64,000 nt of DNA from Squalus acanthias (lineage: Eukaryota), in the NCBI GenBank assembly GCA_030390025.1, contig CM059432.1, positions 102,860,001 to 102,924,000 on the forward strand, written 5' to 3'. The notes under the pieces were generated by a model that ran no database searches, was not told the origin of the DNA, and was given only the letters and a program-made list of their open reading frames with translations. Position numbers and translations under genes: made by a program. Positions 48,893 to 62,635 of the stretch are shown here, in pieces; within the stretch, counting starts at the first letter, position 1, and the number at the start of each line of letters is the position of its first letter.

Positions 48893-51800
48893 TTCTTTTT
48901 TATTTGTTCATGGGAAATGGGCGTCGTTGGCAAGGCCAGCATTTATTGCCCATCCCTAATTGCCCCTGAGAAGGTGGTGGTGAGCCACCTTCTTCAACCG
49001 CTGCAGTCCGTGTGGTGAAGGGACTCCCACAGTGCTGTTAGCGAGGAAGTTCCAGGATTTTGATCCTGCAACGATGAAGGAACAGCGATATACTTACAAG
49101 TCAGGATGGTGTGTGACTTGGAGGGGAACTTGGAGGTAATGGTGATCCCATGCGCCTGCTGCCCTTGTCCTTCTAGGTGGTAGAGGTCACGGGTTTGGGA
49201 GGTACTGCCGAAAAAGCCTTGGCGAGTTGCTGCAGTGCATCTTGTAGATGGTACACACTGCAGCCACGCTACGCCGGTGGTGGAGGGAGTGAATGTTTAA
49301 GGTGGTGGATGGGGTGCCAATCATATGGGCTGCTTTGTCTTGGATGGTGTCGAGCTTCTTGAGTGTTGTTGGAGATGCACTCATCCAGGCAAGTGGAGAG
49401 TATTCCGTCACACCCCTGAATTGTGCCTTGTAGATAGTGGAAAGGCTTTGGGGAGTCAGGAGGTGAGACACTCGCCGCAGAATACCCAGCCTCTGACCTG
49501 CTCTTGTTGCCACAGTATTTATGTGGCTGGTCCAGTTAAGTTTCTGGTCAATGGTGGCCCCCCAGGATATTGATGGTGGGGGATTCGGTGATATTAATGC
49601 CGTTGAATGTCAAGGGGCGGTGGTTAGATGCTCGCTTGTTGGACATAGTCATTGCCTGGCACTTGTGTGGCGCGAATGTTACCTGCCACTTATCAGCCCA
49701 AGCCTGAATGTTATCCAGATCTTGTTGCATGCGGGCATGGACTGCTTCATTATCTGAGGAATTGCAAATGGCACTGAACACTGTGCAGTCATCAGCGAAC
49801 ATCCCCACTTCTGACCTTGTGTTGGAGGGAAGGTCATTGATGAAGCAGCTGAAGATGGTTGGGCCTAGGACACTGCCCTGAGGAACTCCTGCAGCGATGT
49901 CCTGGGGCTGTGATGATTGACCTCCAACCACCACAACCATCTTACTTTGTCCTAGGTATAACTGCAGCCAGTGGAGAGTTTTCCCCTCAATTCCCATTGA
50001 CTTCAGTTTTACTGGGCTCCTTGATGCCACACTCGGTCAAATGCTGCCTTGATGTCAAGGGCAGTCACTCTCACCTCACCTCTGGAATTCAGCTCCTTTG
50101 TCCATGTTTGGACCAAGGCTATAATGAGGTCTGGAGCCAAGTGGTCCTGGCGGAACCCAAACTGGGCAGCAGTGAGCAGGCTATTGATGAGTAAGTGCTG
50201 CTTGATAGCACTGTCGATGACACCTTCCATCACTTTGCTGATGATGAGAGCAGACTGATGAGGCGGTAATTGGCCGGATTGGATTTGTTCTGCTTTTTGT
50301 GGACATACCTGGGCAGTTTTCCACATTGTTGGATAGATGCAAGTGTTATAGCTGTACTGGAACAGCTTGGCTAGAGGCGTGGCTAGTTCTGGAGCACAAG
50401 TCTTCAGCAAGGCAGCCGGGATGTTGTCGGGGCCCATAGCCTTTGCTTTATCCAGTATGCTCAGCCGTTTCTTGATATCACGTGGAGTGAATCGAATTGG
50501 CTGAAGACTGGCTTCTGTGATGGTGGGGACCTCAGGAGGAGGCCGATATGGATCATCCACTTGGCACTTCTGGCTGAAGATGGTTACAAATGCTTCAGCC
50601 TTGTCTTTTGAACTCACGTGCTGGGCTCCACCATCATTGAGGATGGGGATATTCATGGAGCCTCCTCCTCTCGTCAGTTGTTTAATGGTCCACCACCATT
50701 CACGACTGGATGTGGCAGGACTGCAGAGCTTTGATCTGATCCATTGATTGTGCGATTGCTTAGCTCTGTCTTCAGCATGCTGCTTCCGCTTTTTAGCATG
50801 CATGTGTTGCAGCTTCCCCAGGTTGGCACCTCATTTTTAGGTATGCCTGGTACTGCTCCCGGCATGCTCTTCTACACTCCTTATTGAACCAGGGTTGATC
50901 CCCTGGCTTGATGGTAATGGTAGAGTGAGGAATATGCCGGACCATGAGGTTACAGATTGTGGTGGAATACAATTCTGCTGCTGCTGATGGCCCACAGCAC
51001 CTCATGGATGCCCAGTTTTGAGCTGCTTGATCTGTTCTGAATCTATCCCATTTAGCACGGTGGTAGTGCCACACAACACAATGGAGGGTGTCCTCAGTGT
51101 GAAGACGGGATTTTGTCTCCACAAGGACTGTGCAGTGGTCACTACTACCAATGCTATCATGTACAGATGCATCTGCGACAGGTAGATTGGTGAGGATGAG
51201 GTCAAGTAGGTTTGTCCCTCGTGTTGGTTCTCTCACCATCTGTCGCAGGCCCAGATTGGCAGTTATGTCCTTCAGGACTCGGCCAGCTCAGTCAGTAGTG
51301 GTGCTACCGAGCCACTCTTGGTGATGGACATTGAAGTTCCCCACCCAGAGTATATTCTGTGCCCTTGCTACTCTCAGTGCTTCATCCAAGTGATGTTCTA
51401 CATGGCGGAGTACTGATTCATCAGCTGAGGGGGGGCAGTAGGCGGTAATCAGCAGGAGGTTTCCTTGTCCATGCTTGACCTGAAGCCATGAGACTTCATG
51501 GGGTCCGGAGTCAATGTTGAGGACTCCCAGGGCCACTCCTTCCTGACTGTATACCACTGTGCCGCCACCCCTGGTGGGTCTGTCCTGCCGGTGGGACAGA
51601 ACAGGACATACCCAGGGATGGTGATGGAGGAGTTTGGGACATTGGCTGAAATGTATGATTTTGTGAATATGACTATGTCAGGCTGTTGCTTGACTAATCT
51701 GTGGGACAGCTCTCCCAATTTTGGCACAAGTCCCCAGATGTTGGTGAGAAGGACTTTGCAGGGTTGACTGGGCTGGGTGTGTCGTTGCCGTGTCCATAGC

Positions 51801-52174
51801 TGGTGCCGAGGTCGATGCCGGGTGGTCCGTCCGGTTTTATTCTTATTGTTTTTTGTTGCGGTTTTTTACAACTGAGTGGCTTTCTAGGCCATTTTAGAGG
51901 GCAGTTAAGAGTCAACCACATTGCTGTGGGTCTGGGGTCACATATAGGCCAGACCAGGTAGGATGGCCGATTTCCTTCCCTAATGGACATTAGTGAACCA
52001 GATGTGTTTTTACGACAATCCGATAGTTTCTTGGTCACCATTACTGATACATCGTTTTTTTTTAATTCCAGATTTATCTAATTAACTAAATTTAAATTCC
52101 CCAGCTGTCGTGGTGGGATTTGAACTCATGTCTCCAGATTGTTAGTTCAGGCCTCTGGATTACTAGTCCAGTAG
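48893..52174 (-). mobile_element. Nearly full-length 3.3-kb CR1-group LINE: tRNA-SINE-like 5' end, single APE-RT ORF (frameshifted)
   Basis: APE motifs (PDIVIFTKS, WVGNFNVHH, TRGTNLLDLILT, GSSDH); RT motifs (QFGFRQ, DIKAAFD, PQGSVLGP, FADD); B box GTTCAAATCC at 52125-52116; TSD TAAACT at 48887-48892 and 52175-52180. Confidence 0.9.
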
Positions 52175-52920
52175 TAAACTAAAGGGTACAATCCTAAAGT
52201 GGGTGCATGAACAGAGAGACCTAGGGGTATATGTGCACAAATCATTGAAGGTGGGAGGGCAGTTTGAGAAAGCAGTTAAAAAAGCTTACGGGAGCTTGGG
52301 CTTCATGAATAGAGGTATAGAGTACAAAAGCGTGGAAATTATGATGAACCTGTATAAAACACTGGTTCGGCCTCAACTAGAGAATTGTGTCCAATTCTGG
52401 GCACCGCACTTTAGGATGGATGTGAAGGCCTTAGAGAGAGTGCAGAAAAGATTTACGAGAATGATTCCAGGGATGAGGGACTTCAGTTACGTGGATAGAC
52501 TGGAGAAGCTGGGTTGTTCTCCTTAGAGCAGAGAAGATTGAGAGCAGATTTGATAGAGGTGTTCAAAATCATGAAGGGTCTGGACAGAGCAGATAGAGAG
52601 AAACTGTTCCCATTGGCAGAAGTGTCAAGAACCAGAGGACACAGATTGAAGGTGATTGGCAAAAGAACCAAAGGTGACATAAGAAAATACTTTTTTACTC
52701 AGCGAGTGGTTAGGATCTGGAATGCACTGACTGAAAGGGTGGTGGAAGCAGACTCAATCGTAGCTTTCAAAAGGGAGTTGGATAAGAGAGAAAAACATTT
52801 GCAGGGCTACAGGGAAAGGGCGGGGGAGTGGGACTAGCTGAGGTGCTCTTGCAGAGAGCCGGCATGGGCTCGACAGGCCGAATGGCCTTCTTCCGTGCTG
52901 TAACCATTCTATGATTCTAT

Positions 52921-53651
52921 GGGGTAAAAATTGAGTCGCGCCCCATTTGGGGCGCTAACCTCGCCGGGGCGCGACTTTTAGCGCCCCGAAAAAATTAGCG
53001 GCCCCGCGCCGGAACTTCAGTGGTTGCGCCCCAAGAGGGAAGCGGGGCGCAACTGGAAGCAGCCCGCATCCCTCTTGGGGCGCTGCGAGTGAATATCCTG
53101 GCACTACGTGCCGTGGTATTGCAGGCCTTCCTCCCCTTCTTAAAGGGGAGGGACCCTGCGCAGCGCGAACCGGGGCCCAGCTGGGCCCCCAGGGATCGGG
53201 AGTGCCGGCAAAAGAGCCCGGCACTCAAGAGAAGTGCCGGGCTCATGGAGCGCAGTCGGCACTTCACGGTGGGGGGGCTTCACGGGGGCCGGGGGCAGGT
53301 GCTGGCAGGCGGCCAGCAACAAAAATGGCCGCCTGCCACCTCCGCTTTAAATATCGCCGCCCCGGCCGCACGTACGCCTCCCTGAACCCGTCGGACATAG
53401 CGTCTGGCGGTAAATCAGGGGGCGCGACTGAAGATCACGGCCGGGGCGCGAGCGGGGTGCTGCGCACGGCGATGACGTCATCGCCGGTGGCGCAGCGCCA
53501 CAGGGCGCTACCGGCTGCCGCCGCCGCTAACCTCCCACTAAATTTTTCGGGAGGCGTGGGCGGCGCTGCGCCCGGGCATTAGCTGCTTTACGCCCCATTA
53601 GCGCCCTCTTAAGGCGCTAACGGGAGGCGCAAGCAGCTGAATTTTTCCCCC
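52921..53651 (+). mobile_element. Young GC/CpG-rich Harbinger MITE (copy of 25387-26137)
   Basis: Same TIRs; TAT TSD inside the CR1 microsatellite tail. Confidence 0.92.
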
Positions 53652-54171
53652 TATGATTATATGATCATCCAGGCTGACACTCCAGGGCAGTGCTGAGGGA
53701 GTGCTGCACTATCGGTGGTGCCATCTTGCGGACAAGACATTAAGCTGAGTCTTCCCTCTCAGGTGGCCTGAAAGATCCCACGGCACTATTTGAAGAAGAA
53801 AGCAGTGTCCTGACCAATATTTATCCCTCAACCAACACCTAAAACAGATAGTCTGGTCACTTATTTAATTGTTGTTTGTGGGACCTTGCTGTGCACAAAT
53901 TGTCTGCCGCATATCCTACATTACAACAGTGACTACACATAAAAAGTACCTCATTGGTTGTAACATGCTTTGGGACACACTAAGGTTGTGAAAGATGCTA
54001 TATAGATGCAATTTCTTTCTTTGACATCCTGAGGAAGTAATAAGGTCCTATATAAATGCCAATTTTTTCTTTACTTCACAGAGAGAGTGGCAAATGTGTG
54101 AAACAGACTGTTAAATGGATATTAAGTCACTTGAGAAGTGTGAAACTGGCAATAATAGCAGTTAACTCATC

Positions 54172-54507
54172 AACAACAATTTTCATTTATATAGTGTCTT
54201 TAACGTAGTAAAACAGGAGCTTTATCAAACAAAGACACATAAGGAGATATTAGGGTACATGAAGAAAAGTTTGGTCAAAGAGGTAGGTTTTAAGGAGCGT
54301 CTTAAAGGAGGAAAGAGAGGTAGCGAGGTGGAGAGGTTTAGGGAGGGAATTCCAGAGCTTAGGGCCTCGGCAGCTGAAGGCACGGCCGCCAATGGTGGAG
54401 CAATTAAAATTGAGGATGCGCAAGAGGCCAGAATTGGAGGAGTGCAGATATCGTGGAGGGGTATAGGGCTGGAGGAGGTTACAGAAATAGGGAGGGGCGA
54501 GGCCATG
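54172..54507 (-). mobile_element. L2 3' end fragment
   Basis: Reverse complement of 32260-32645, including the (caa)n tail. Confidence 0.75.
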
Positions 54508-54729
54508 GATTCAAATTTAATAAACTCAGGATGGTGAATTTCTAGCCATACATATGTACCCAAAGTGTTACTGTTACCCCAGTCTGGGTGAATTTTGATC
54601 GCAGTTAAAAACCTGGGAAATTTCACCTGGAAGAATCTCAGTGCTAATTGAGTTAAAAAAGTTATGAACTCTGAAAATATCAAAAATAAAAAATATATGT
54701 GTCTTATGACAAAAGAACCAGAGCTGATT

Positions 54730-54930
54730 GTTATGATCTGGAATGCACTGCCTGAAAGAGATTCAATAGGAACTTTCAAAAGAAAATTGGACATATACTT
54801 CAAAAGGAAAAAATTGCAAGGCTATGGGGAAAAAGCAGGAGAGTAGGACTAATTGGATAGCTTTTTGAAAGATCTGGCACAAGCACGATGGGCCGAATGG
54901 CCTCCTTCTGTGCTGTATTATTCTATGATA
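54730..54930 (+). mobile_element. CR1 3' tail fragment
   Basis: IWNALPE...FKRKLDIYF, then gggccgaatggcctccttctgtgctgta. Confidence 0.8.
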
Positions 54931-55292
54931 TCACTGTGTCTCACAGGGGTTGATAGTTCAAACTAATCGCCTGTGTCTCAGTCCATAGATTGAAATTCTA
55001 CATATAGATATCTGGGGTGAAATTACCCTGCACAAGACTAGCATTAATACCACTTATTTTAAACAGTATAGTGCCTCTGTTTAAATAGCAGAGGTATTTT
55101 TAATGAACAAGTTCATGTTTTCATACAATTCCACAGTACAATTCCATTCTGATCAACATATATGTTCTATATGTTTGGCCCAGAAATAATCTGCCGTCTA
55201 ATAATTTTAGGCATCCTTAGCTAGCCAACAACTATCTGTAGCTAATCCAATTTCACTGCATGATATGATCAATTTGCCTCTGTCAATACATA

Positions 55293-56907
55293 GGGCTGGA
55301 TTTACCAACCTTGGCGGGCGACATTGGTGGTGGGTTCTGACCTCACTGCCAGTTCCAGCCTGTTGTGTAGAATGATGTTCCCCTGATTGTGCTTGTTAAG
55401 CCTGCCCTGCGCATTTGCCGGCCAATTGAAGGAAGCGGGTCTGATGACGTCATCTGATGACGCATCATCAGCCGGTTTCCTTAAAGGGACCATGGCCAAA
55501 TTTATTTTGACATTGGTGCTGTCAGTGTTCTGCAGCATTGAGGTGCTGCAAACACCGACAAACACTGTACAGAGGTGCACGGCTGCACCCAGGCTCTCCC
55601 ATGACTCCCTCCATATGCTTATGGATGTTGTCAGGAGGACCAGGCTGCAGTGGCGCAAACCTTTCAATGATCTCAGTGGATCACAAAACGTTACTGCCAA
55701 GCCACACTCAACCTCATCCTGCTGTGACACCCATCACATCCCCATCACTCTGCCTTCCCTACCCTACTCCTGCACATCCTTACTCACACCAACTTACCTT
55801 GCACCTCCTCCCATCCCTCTCTATCTACATTATCACCTTCTCATCTCACTAGCCACACTCACCCTCATCCTAGTGCAATCATAACAATTAACAACACACA
55901 AGTGTAGGCACTTGGGTGTTTTATGCAATGTTCATGTAAAGTTTCTGTGAATGTAGTGGCAAACATTGAAACCTTTACTTTCAACACTTGGACAGATTTG
56001 TGTGCACCTTTGGAAGTGGCTTAGTGAGCTGCAGTGAATGGTGAGACACAACGGTACCCCCCACAATGGTGATGAGTGTGAAAGGAATAGCTTGGGCATT
56101 GTAGGGATGCTTTATGGTGCTGGTGTGGGGTGGTGCAAACCCGGCACATCATGTGGCAGCCAGGGTGTACAGTGTCAAGTGAAGTAAATGTGACCATGGT
56201 GAGGCCATCCCTGGCCTCCCGGGCAGCAATGCGTTCGGGTACTGATGCCCTGTGTCCTGTGCAGCATCAGGTGATTGCGGAGAAGGTTGGTGTTATTGTT
56301 GGTGATGCTGGTGTGCCTGGTGCTGCTGGAGTTGGGGCTGATCGTGTTGGGATTCTGAGGACCAAGGTGAGAGAGTTTCAAGGGCACCGATGCTGATGGA
56401 ATAGATGGCAGGTGAAGTAGAGATGACAGAAGTGATCTGTCAATGGTGGGAGAGGTAATGAGGTCAGACGGCATGGAGACTTGTGTAAAGACTTGCAGCA
56501 TTCTCAATCTGTAGTGGAAATGCAATTTAGAGAAGCTAGTGGCTAAGGGAAGATATCTGATTCAGCTGCGAGCTTTGACTTGACATTTGAAGCTCTCAAC
56601 TCATCAGCTGAAACAATGGCCAGTTCTGCCTCAGCTTCACTGAAGAGGTCTAGGCACAGCGGAAACCAGTGGGTGACCTGTCAAAATCAAAAAGCTGGGA
56701 ATAAAGCATTGGAAACAAGCCACTAATGATTTCAATTGCCTCCCCAGCCGCTGTGTGTCAGGTCTGCTCGGCGCTGGCAGGCCCGACATTGGGAAAGGTG
56801 CGTGGCGGTGGGTTGACAGCAGAGTCCCGACCCGCTGTCAAAAAAAAACACTTTCCCACCCGACCCGCCACCGATCACACCTGCTGACCCCGCGGAAAAT
56901 TCCCCCC
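55293..56907 (+). mobile_element. Non-autonomous Harbinger derivative (1.6 kb)
   Basis: Termini GGGCTGGATTT / AAAATTCCCCCC; flanks ATA/ATG; Myb remnant RTRLQWRKPFNDL. Confidence 0.75.
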
Positions 56908-57759
56908 ATGTAAACTTAAACAATGAATAATAATATAGAATGTAATTTTACATTCAGAAGCAAATACCAACAAAACAGTCCATTGTACTTATTCAAAGAT
57001 GCAATTTAATCACTGAAAAGTAAAATCCATTAAAATAATTTTAATCTTAAACTACATTCCATAGAAAATTCTTTGAAAAATACTGTGACCTTCTATTATG
57101 TTGTCGGGAAAAGAACTTGTGTGGCTGTGTGGAGAAAATGTACTATGTGAGGAAAATCAGTTATCTACAGAGGATTTTAATTAGTTTTCATCAATCTAAA
57201 TGCAGAGACTTTTGCTTCAATACAAAATTCTTTCTTGCTTTTGGTGGTCATACAAGGCAGGGTTTTATTGGTACCTTTTGTGCCTGTGGTAACTGCCAAT
57301 ACTAAAGTATTGAATTTACACTGTGGGTAATGGTTACAAGTGCTTAACATGTTTGGCTGAAATTAGTGTCGCCACTATTTCAGCAGTAGCGGGTGAAACT
57401 TCAGATGAGCATGTTAAGCAGATGTATCTATTATCCCACAGTGTAATTTCAAGGTCTAAGCAGAATCTCATTTGTCACGGCACTGGAAATCCATTTTATT
57501 TGGCGGCATGAATTGAAAAATAGCTCCGAATGAAAATGCAAAAATGTAATATAAACATACTTCCAATACACCTTTGCACTATGCAATTCAAATTTTTTTT
57601 TGCATAATTTTGCTTGATGGAATGGTTCCATCAAAGGTTTATATATAGCCACTTGCCAATTAGTATTTGTTTTCATAAAAGTGTTTAGTGCTGGCAAAGT
57701 GCCCAATATCCATTCAAAAGCCTTGTACCATCCATAAATTAGTCACTTTTAATTATATA

Positions 57760-58659
57760 CAGGTTCAGAACATTTTGCAAGGGGAAGGGGGAACAGCCAG
57801 AGTCATGGTCCATGTTGGAATCAATGACATAGGTAGGAAAAGGGTTGAGGTCCTACAAACAGAGTTTCAGGGGTGAAGGAGAAGGTTAAAGAGCAGAACC
57901 TCAAAGGTAGTAATCTCTGGATTACTCCCAGTGCCACATGCCAGTGAGTATAGGAGAAGTAAGATAATACAGGCTAATGTGTGGCTGGAGAAATGGTGCT
58001 GGAGGGAGGGCTTCAGATTCCTGGGGCATTGGGACAAATTCTGAGGCAGGAGGGATCTGTTCAAGATGGACAGGTTGCACCTCAACAGGGCTAGGACCAA
58101 TGTCCTCATGGGGAGGTTAACTAGTGCTGTGAGGGAGGGTTTAAACTAATTTGGCAGGGGGGGATCGCCAGGATGAATCATTAGAGAGGAGATACAAGGT
58201 GCACAGAGGACTGGGAGAGAAAAACAGCATTAGAATAAAGAGTAGTTCAGAAATAGGAGGAATAAGACAGGAGGGAAATGCAAGGCAGACTAAGATGGGT
58301 TTGATGTGCATGTGTGTAAATGCACAGAGCGTGGTAAATAAGGTTGGTGAACGGCATGCACAAGTAGCCAAATGGGATTATGATATAGTGGCAATAAAGG
58401 AGACCATTTTGGAAACAGTGATCACAATATCATTAGATTTAGAGTAGTTATGGAAAAGGACAAGGAAAATCAAGCGTGAAAATACTCAACTGGAGGAGGG
58501 CTAATTTCACTGAGTTAAAAAGGGATCTGGCCCAGATGGATTGGAATCAAAGATTGGCAGGTAAAACAGTAAATGAGTCAGGGGAGGCCTTCAAAGAGGA
58601 GACGGTTTGAGTACAGACTGGACACATTCTCACGAGCTCCCTGGATGACTATAGATATA
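57760..58659 (+). mobile_element. CR1 5'/internal fragment: ORF1 SGNH-esterase domain and start of ORF2
   Basis: VMVHVGINDIG...KVVISGLLPVP...WLEKWCWREGFRF...DRLHLN, then NAQSVVNK...YDIVAIKET (APE start). Confidence 0.8.
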
Positions 58660-58930
58660 TGGCTAAAAATTCGATTAGGCCTGAAAACGGGCGTGGGGAT
58701 CGCCATTGGCCTGCACCCATTGAAAGTAATGCAGGCAGCATGCAACATCCGCGTTGCCTGCTTATTAACATTGTTGATGTGTGCTCAGCAGAGGGACAAA
58801 GTTCATGCGAGGCTAGCTCTACTTAAAGCTAGCCTCCACTTTTAAAGGCAGTCTGCACCTTTTAAAGGGGAGGTGCATTCTGCATTGAGTAGCTGCTGGA
58901 ACAGGTTGTCAAAACAACTGTTACTCAGTT

Positions 58931-61900
58931 ATGGCTCAATGGGGCATGAAAGGGTATCACAATTCTCCAACGCAGCACTAGAGGCCTCAGAGCAGGGATT
59001 AGAACAGAGAAGACAGGTCCTCTGCCCGCAGAAGGCCAGGAGGCCCTCCAGACTCACAGTCAGAAGGTAGTGGGAGCAGATAGCTGAAGCAGTCACTGCC
59101 AGCAGTCTTGCCCCGAGGTCCTGGATCCAGTGCCGAAAGAAGTTCAATGACCTCACACGACTGGTCAAAGTCAGTGAATACATCTTCAAAAGCTGTTTTG
59201 CACCAACTGCACCACTAGCCTCACACACTGCTCAATGCACCACACCCCCATCACTTACCGACCAACAATCTATCAATCACAACTCATACCTTACATTCAG
59301 AGCTTCAACTCACCCTCACACACTTACCACTGCTGCAAGCCTCACACCCACATCTCACAGCACACACTGCCACCTATTCAACCAAGACAGGCACATCATC
59401 CAAACACATTGCATCACACTCACTGACACACTTCCCTTTCTCTTGTAGGCCAAGGTGGCTCATAACAGTAGAGAGCAGGAACAAACAGGCGGGGGCAAGC
59501 ATGACTGCACAACCTAACCCCCATGGAGGAGACGGTGCTGGAGATCATTGTAGGGGCCATCACTGAGGCCATGGCACAGGGTGAGGCTGAAACCATTGAT
59601 GATGATGGTATGCTCATACCTAATCCTTCTTCTAACATCCCACTTCCCCTTCATCCCACAATCGCTTCTCACTTACAAGCTGCTGATAGTGTTTGAATGG
59701 ACATCTTATTCCCCCCATATCCTCACCACAATCCAACAGTTGTGCCTTTCTCCTTTCAGATACCCAAGAACTCCAAACTGCCCAGCCAGTGCAGGAAGAG
59801 CAAGAGGAGGGTGATGGAGAAGCTGAGACACCCTCACTTGATCTCACACTCCTGGGCACCAGCTCAGAAAATGGCACTGCATGTACTTTTGAGGGTAGTA
59901 TAGGGGTGGGATCCGCATGTGATGAGTCACTGGGCACAAGTGGGCTGCAGCCAGGCCAGGGGGAAAGGGTAGCACAGGTGCCAGCTCCCCTGAGGGTAAG
60001 GTTGCACACGAATTCTGCTGCACAGGACTCAGATGAGGACCTCAATGTGTAAGGGGGTTTGCGTGGCTCTGTGCTTAGCCTGGGTGCTAGTGCGGGGTTA
60101 GGCCTTGTTGCCTGTTCTGGTCTCCAGGCAGCCTGGTAACACTAAACACCTGTGAGTGGTTCGACCCACTCGCCCTTACGGTTCTGACACTGGACTTAGG
60201 TGCGAGAGCAATAATGCAGAGAAAACTCAGGTAGACCCGGTTGAATAGTGCGAAATGGAAAATCTTTATTGCATATTATTCAAGATTACGAAGTACATGT
60301 CATAAGCACAGATTAATGACAGTACAAACTTACATACATTTATGCAGCTAGGTTTAGGGAAACGAGGAGCGCACGACACATCGAAAAAGGGGACACACAT
60401 TATAATTATCCTTAAAACATAAACCCTCCCCTATCAATACCTGTCCTAATCTAGATTTGTAGGACCGAGACTCATGCTCACCACTCGGGACAATTCGGAG
60501 AATTCCAAAACTCTGCTCGGATGTTTTCACCGCAGCACCTGACTATCCACGTGTTGATCAGGGGTCTCTGTACCCCACTTGTTTACTCGCTTCTGCTCCG
60601 GCTAGCAGGCTGGACCGTCTGCTGTCATGAAGATCTGTGTTGACCTCGGAACTCTGATAAAACTCAAAGAAGAGTCTCCCTATGCCCGGCACCAGTTAGC
60701 CGGTAAAATTCAAAGAAAAGTCTTTCTGGACCGACACCAGTTGTGGAGTAGCCGATAGAATTCGAAGAAATGGTTAATCGATTTTCGGGCGCGGTCGGGG
60801 TTTACTGACCGCGGCGGCACGTGTAGTCGTCTTCTTCTCTTCTCTTCTCATCTCATCTCATCTCATCTCCTCTCGGGCCTTCGGTTCCAACACCGTTTAC
60901 CGACTTCTCGGGATGGTGCGCCCGCTTATCGGCCTTCGCAGTCCAGCTCTCCACAGATCTTCGCGGCAAGCCACGAGGTTGACTCCCGGAAAATCAGTGG
61001 ATCAGAGAATGAGAGTCCAGAGCTCCAGTCGGTGGTAAAGAATAAGAGAAAGATGGACGTTTAGACACTACAGTTTATAGTACTGTAATTCCTTATCTCC
61101 CGCCCAATCTTTAATGTTCATCTTTTGTCATGTTTTGGCGCTCAAACTTCTTGTATGGGGTGGTACTTGTCGTTAATGGGTTACGGTGACACTTGTAACT
61201 GTCTGAGTACCCGTTAATATTTCTCCCATTGTGGAACTGGCTAGTAGTCTCCCTGGAGGGGTTTTGGGGGCTTCCAAATGCTTGCTGTGAGTACCCGCGA
61301 ACGGCTCTCTCATCGTAGAGCCGTGGGGAATTTGCATATCAATGTCTTTGGATGGGTCCTTGATCGCCCAGTACAATAGCCCTTGTTTGTACCTGGAAGA
61401 CCGATTCCAGTATTTATGTTTAAAATGCAAACCCATCGCGTCTTGTCATTATCTCAAATGTGCTGAGTCCTGTCCGATCTTGCTGAAATGTTTATTGAAA
61501 CGCCATTTTGTCTGCCTACTGAAAGTCTAGAACCTTCTGCCACGAGGCGTGGTGACCATTTTACAGGCTGCTTGTGTCCTTTTTGAAACATGACAGCATT
61601 TTGCTGAAATAAAGCTGTTTATACGAAACTTTATGTCTCCTTATTATTATAAAATCGCGATAATTTTGCGAATTCTACAAATGGGACAGCCTTTAGAAAC
61701 AGGGTGGTGGGCTTGCACACAGAAATGTTTCATGCAATGGCTGGCCTGCCCAAGAGCCTCTTGTCACTGTCAAGGAGCATGGAGGAGTCCAGCTCCAACA
61801 TTGCATGGGGCGTTGCGTGGATCTTGGAGCCCATGATTTCTAGGATGGAAGTGATGGGAAACTCCATTAGAGAACTTGTGGACCCATCCATGATGCTGGG

Positions 61901-62431
61901 TGTGATGGGCGATGTTGCAGCTTCCATTGCAGCACAAGCGGAAGCGACCCAAGGTCTGAGTGCTGCAGTAGAGGCTCAGACCTCTGCCCTGCTGGCTTAG
62001 TTTGCTGCCATGCAAACTCAGACTGCTGCCATCGTGGCTGGGTCTACGAGTGTGGAAAGGTGCGTGCAGGGTCTCACAGCACTCCAGCAATCTGTGCTCC
62101 AACAGATGAGGCACTGCCCCAGGGGAGTGGCAGTGGCTCCATGGAGCAAGAACCTGCTGTCCTCTCTCAGGATGACTGCATTCGTACTCCCACCCCTGCC
62201 ACTCTGCGAGTGCCATTGCAGTTGCCTGTCAGCCAGCCAGCCCAGACTGCTGCCGCCCATGCCGAGGTGGTGCAGTCTACAGCTGGGCCTTCTTGGACCA
62301 GAGCTGCTTCAAGTTGTCCTGCAAGGCCATCTGCAGCTTTACCCACAGAAAGTCAGCAGCCTTCCACCAGCCATTCAGCACCCACTGGGGGAGCACTTCG
62401 TAGGAGCACTAGAATAGGCAAAGGAACATGA
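58931..62431 (+). pseudogene. Three-exon Myb/SANT-like gene, disrupted
   Basis: FSNAALEA...WEQIAEAVTASS...RSWIQCRKKFNDL; exons 2 and 3 homologous to 7221-5966; LTR inserted in exon 3. Confidence 0.8.
60048..61679 (-). mobile_element. Solo LTR (1632 bp)
   Basis: TGTA...TACA; 4-bp TSD AATG at 60044-60047 and 61680-61683. Confidence 0.9.
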
Positions 62432-62635
62432 AAGACAGACACTAAGGGAATGCACAAGGGTGATTAGTTGACTTTGTAATGTAATATTAGAATTATTAAT
62501 TTATAAATTATGTTTGGAGTGTTTGTTTAGTGGTGGCTTTCATTTCAGCATTGTGCCCAAGAGAATGCTGTGATGTTCTGTGACAGAGGGATGGTAAGGT
62601 GGGGAAGTGTTGAGCAACGGGGATCTGGGGTTTCA

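Larger units (their letters stand above)
48432..53665 (+). mobile_element. Younger 5'-truncated CR1 (48432-48892, 52175-52920, tail to about 53665)
   Basis: [21 protein letters not shown]...SKFADDTKL; LVRPQLENCVQFWAPH; (attctatg)n tail. Confidence 0.9.
48357..54022 (+). mobile_element. SacSINE1-like SINE split by a CR1 (head 48357-48432, body 53667-54022)
   Basis: The two parts joined are co-linear with the intact SINE at 44308-44748. Confidence 0.75.
47040..54170 (+). mobile_element. Old, highly decayed CR1 ORF2 (47040-48310, resuming about 54070) hosting a nested cluster
   Basis: Degenerate NFSKAFYTVPHKRL, SGVPQES, ALERIQRK...FTMEKRRL, then YFTERVANV after the inserts. A minus-strand CR1 tail lies at about 47370-47535. 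Confidence 0.6.

Noticed and set aside
39062..61679. The two same-strand LTRs as ends of one 22-kb provirus
   Set aside because: The 60048 copy has its own TSD, each LTR interrupts a different host element, and no gag/pol/env lies between them.
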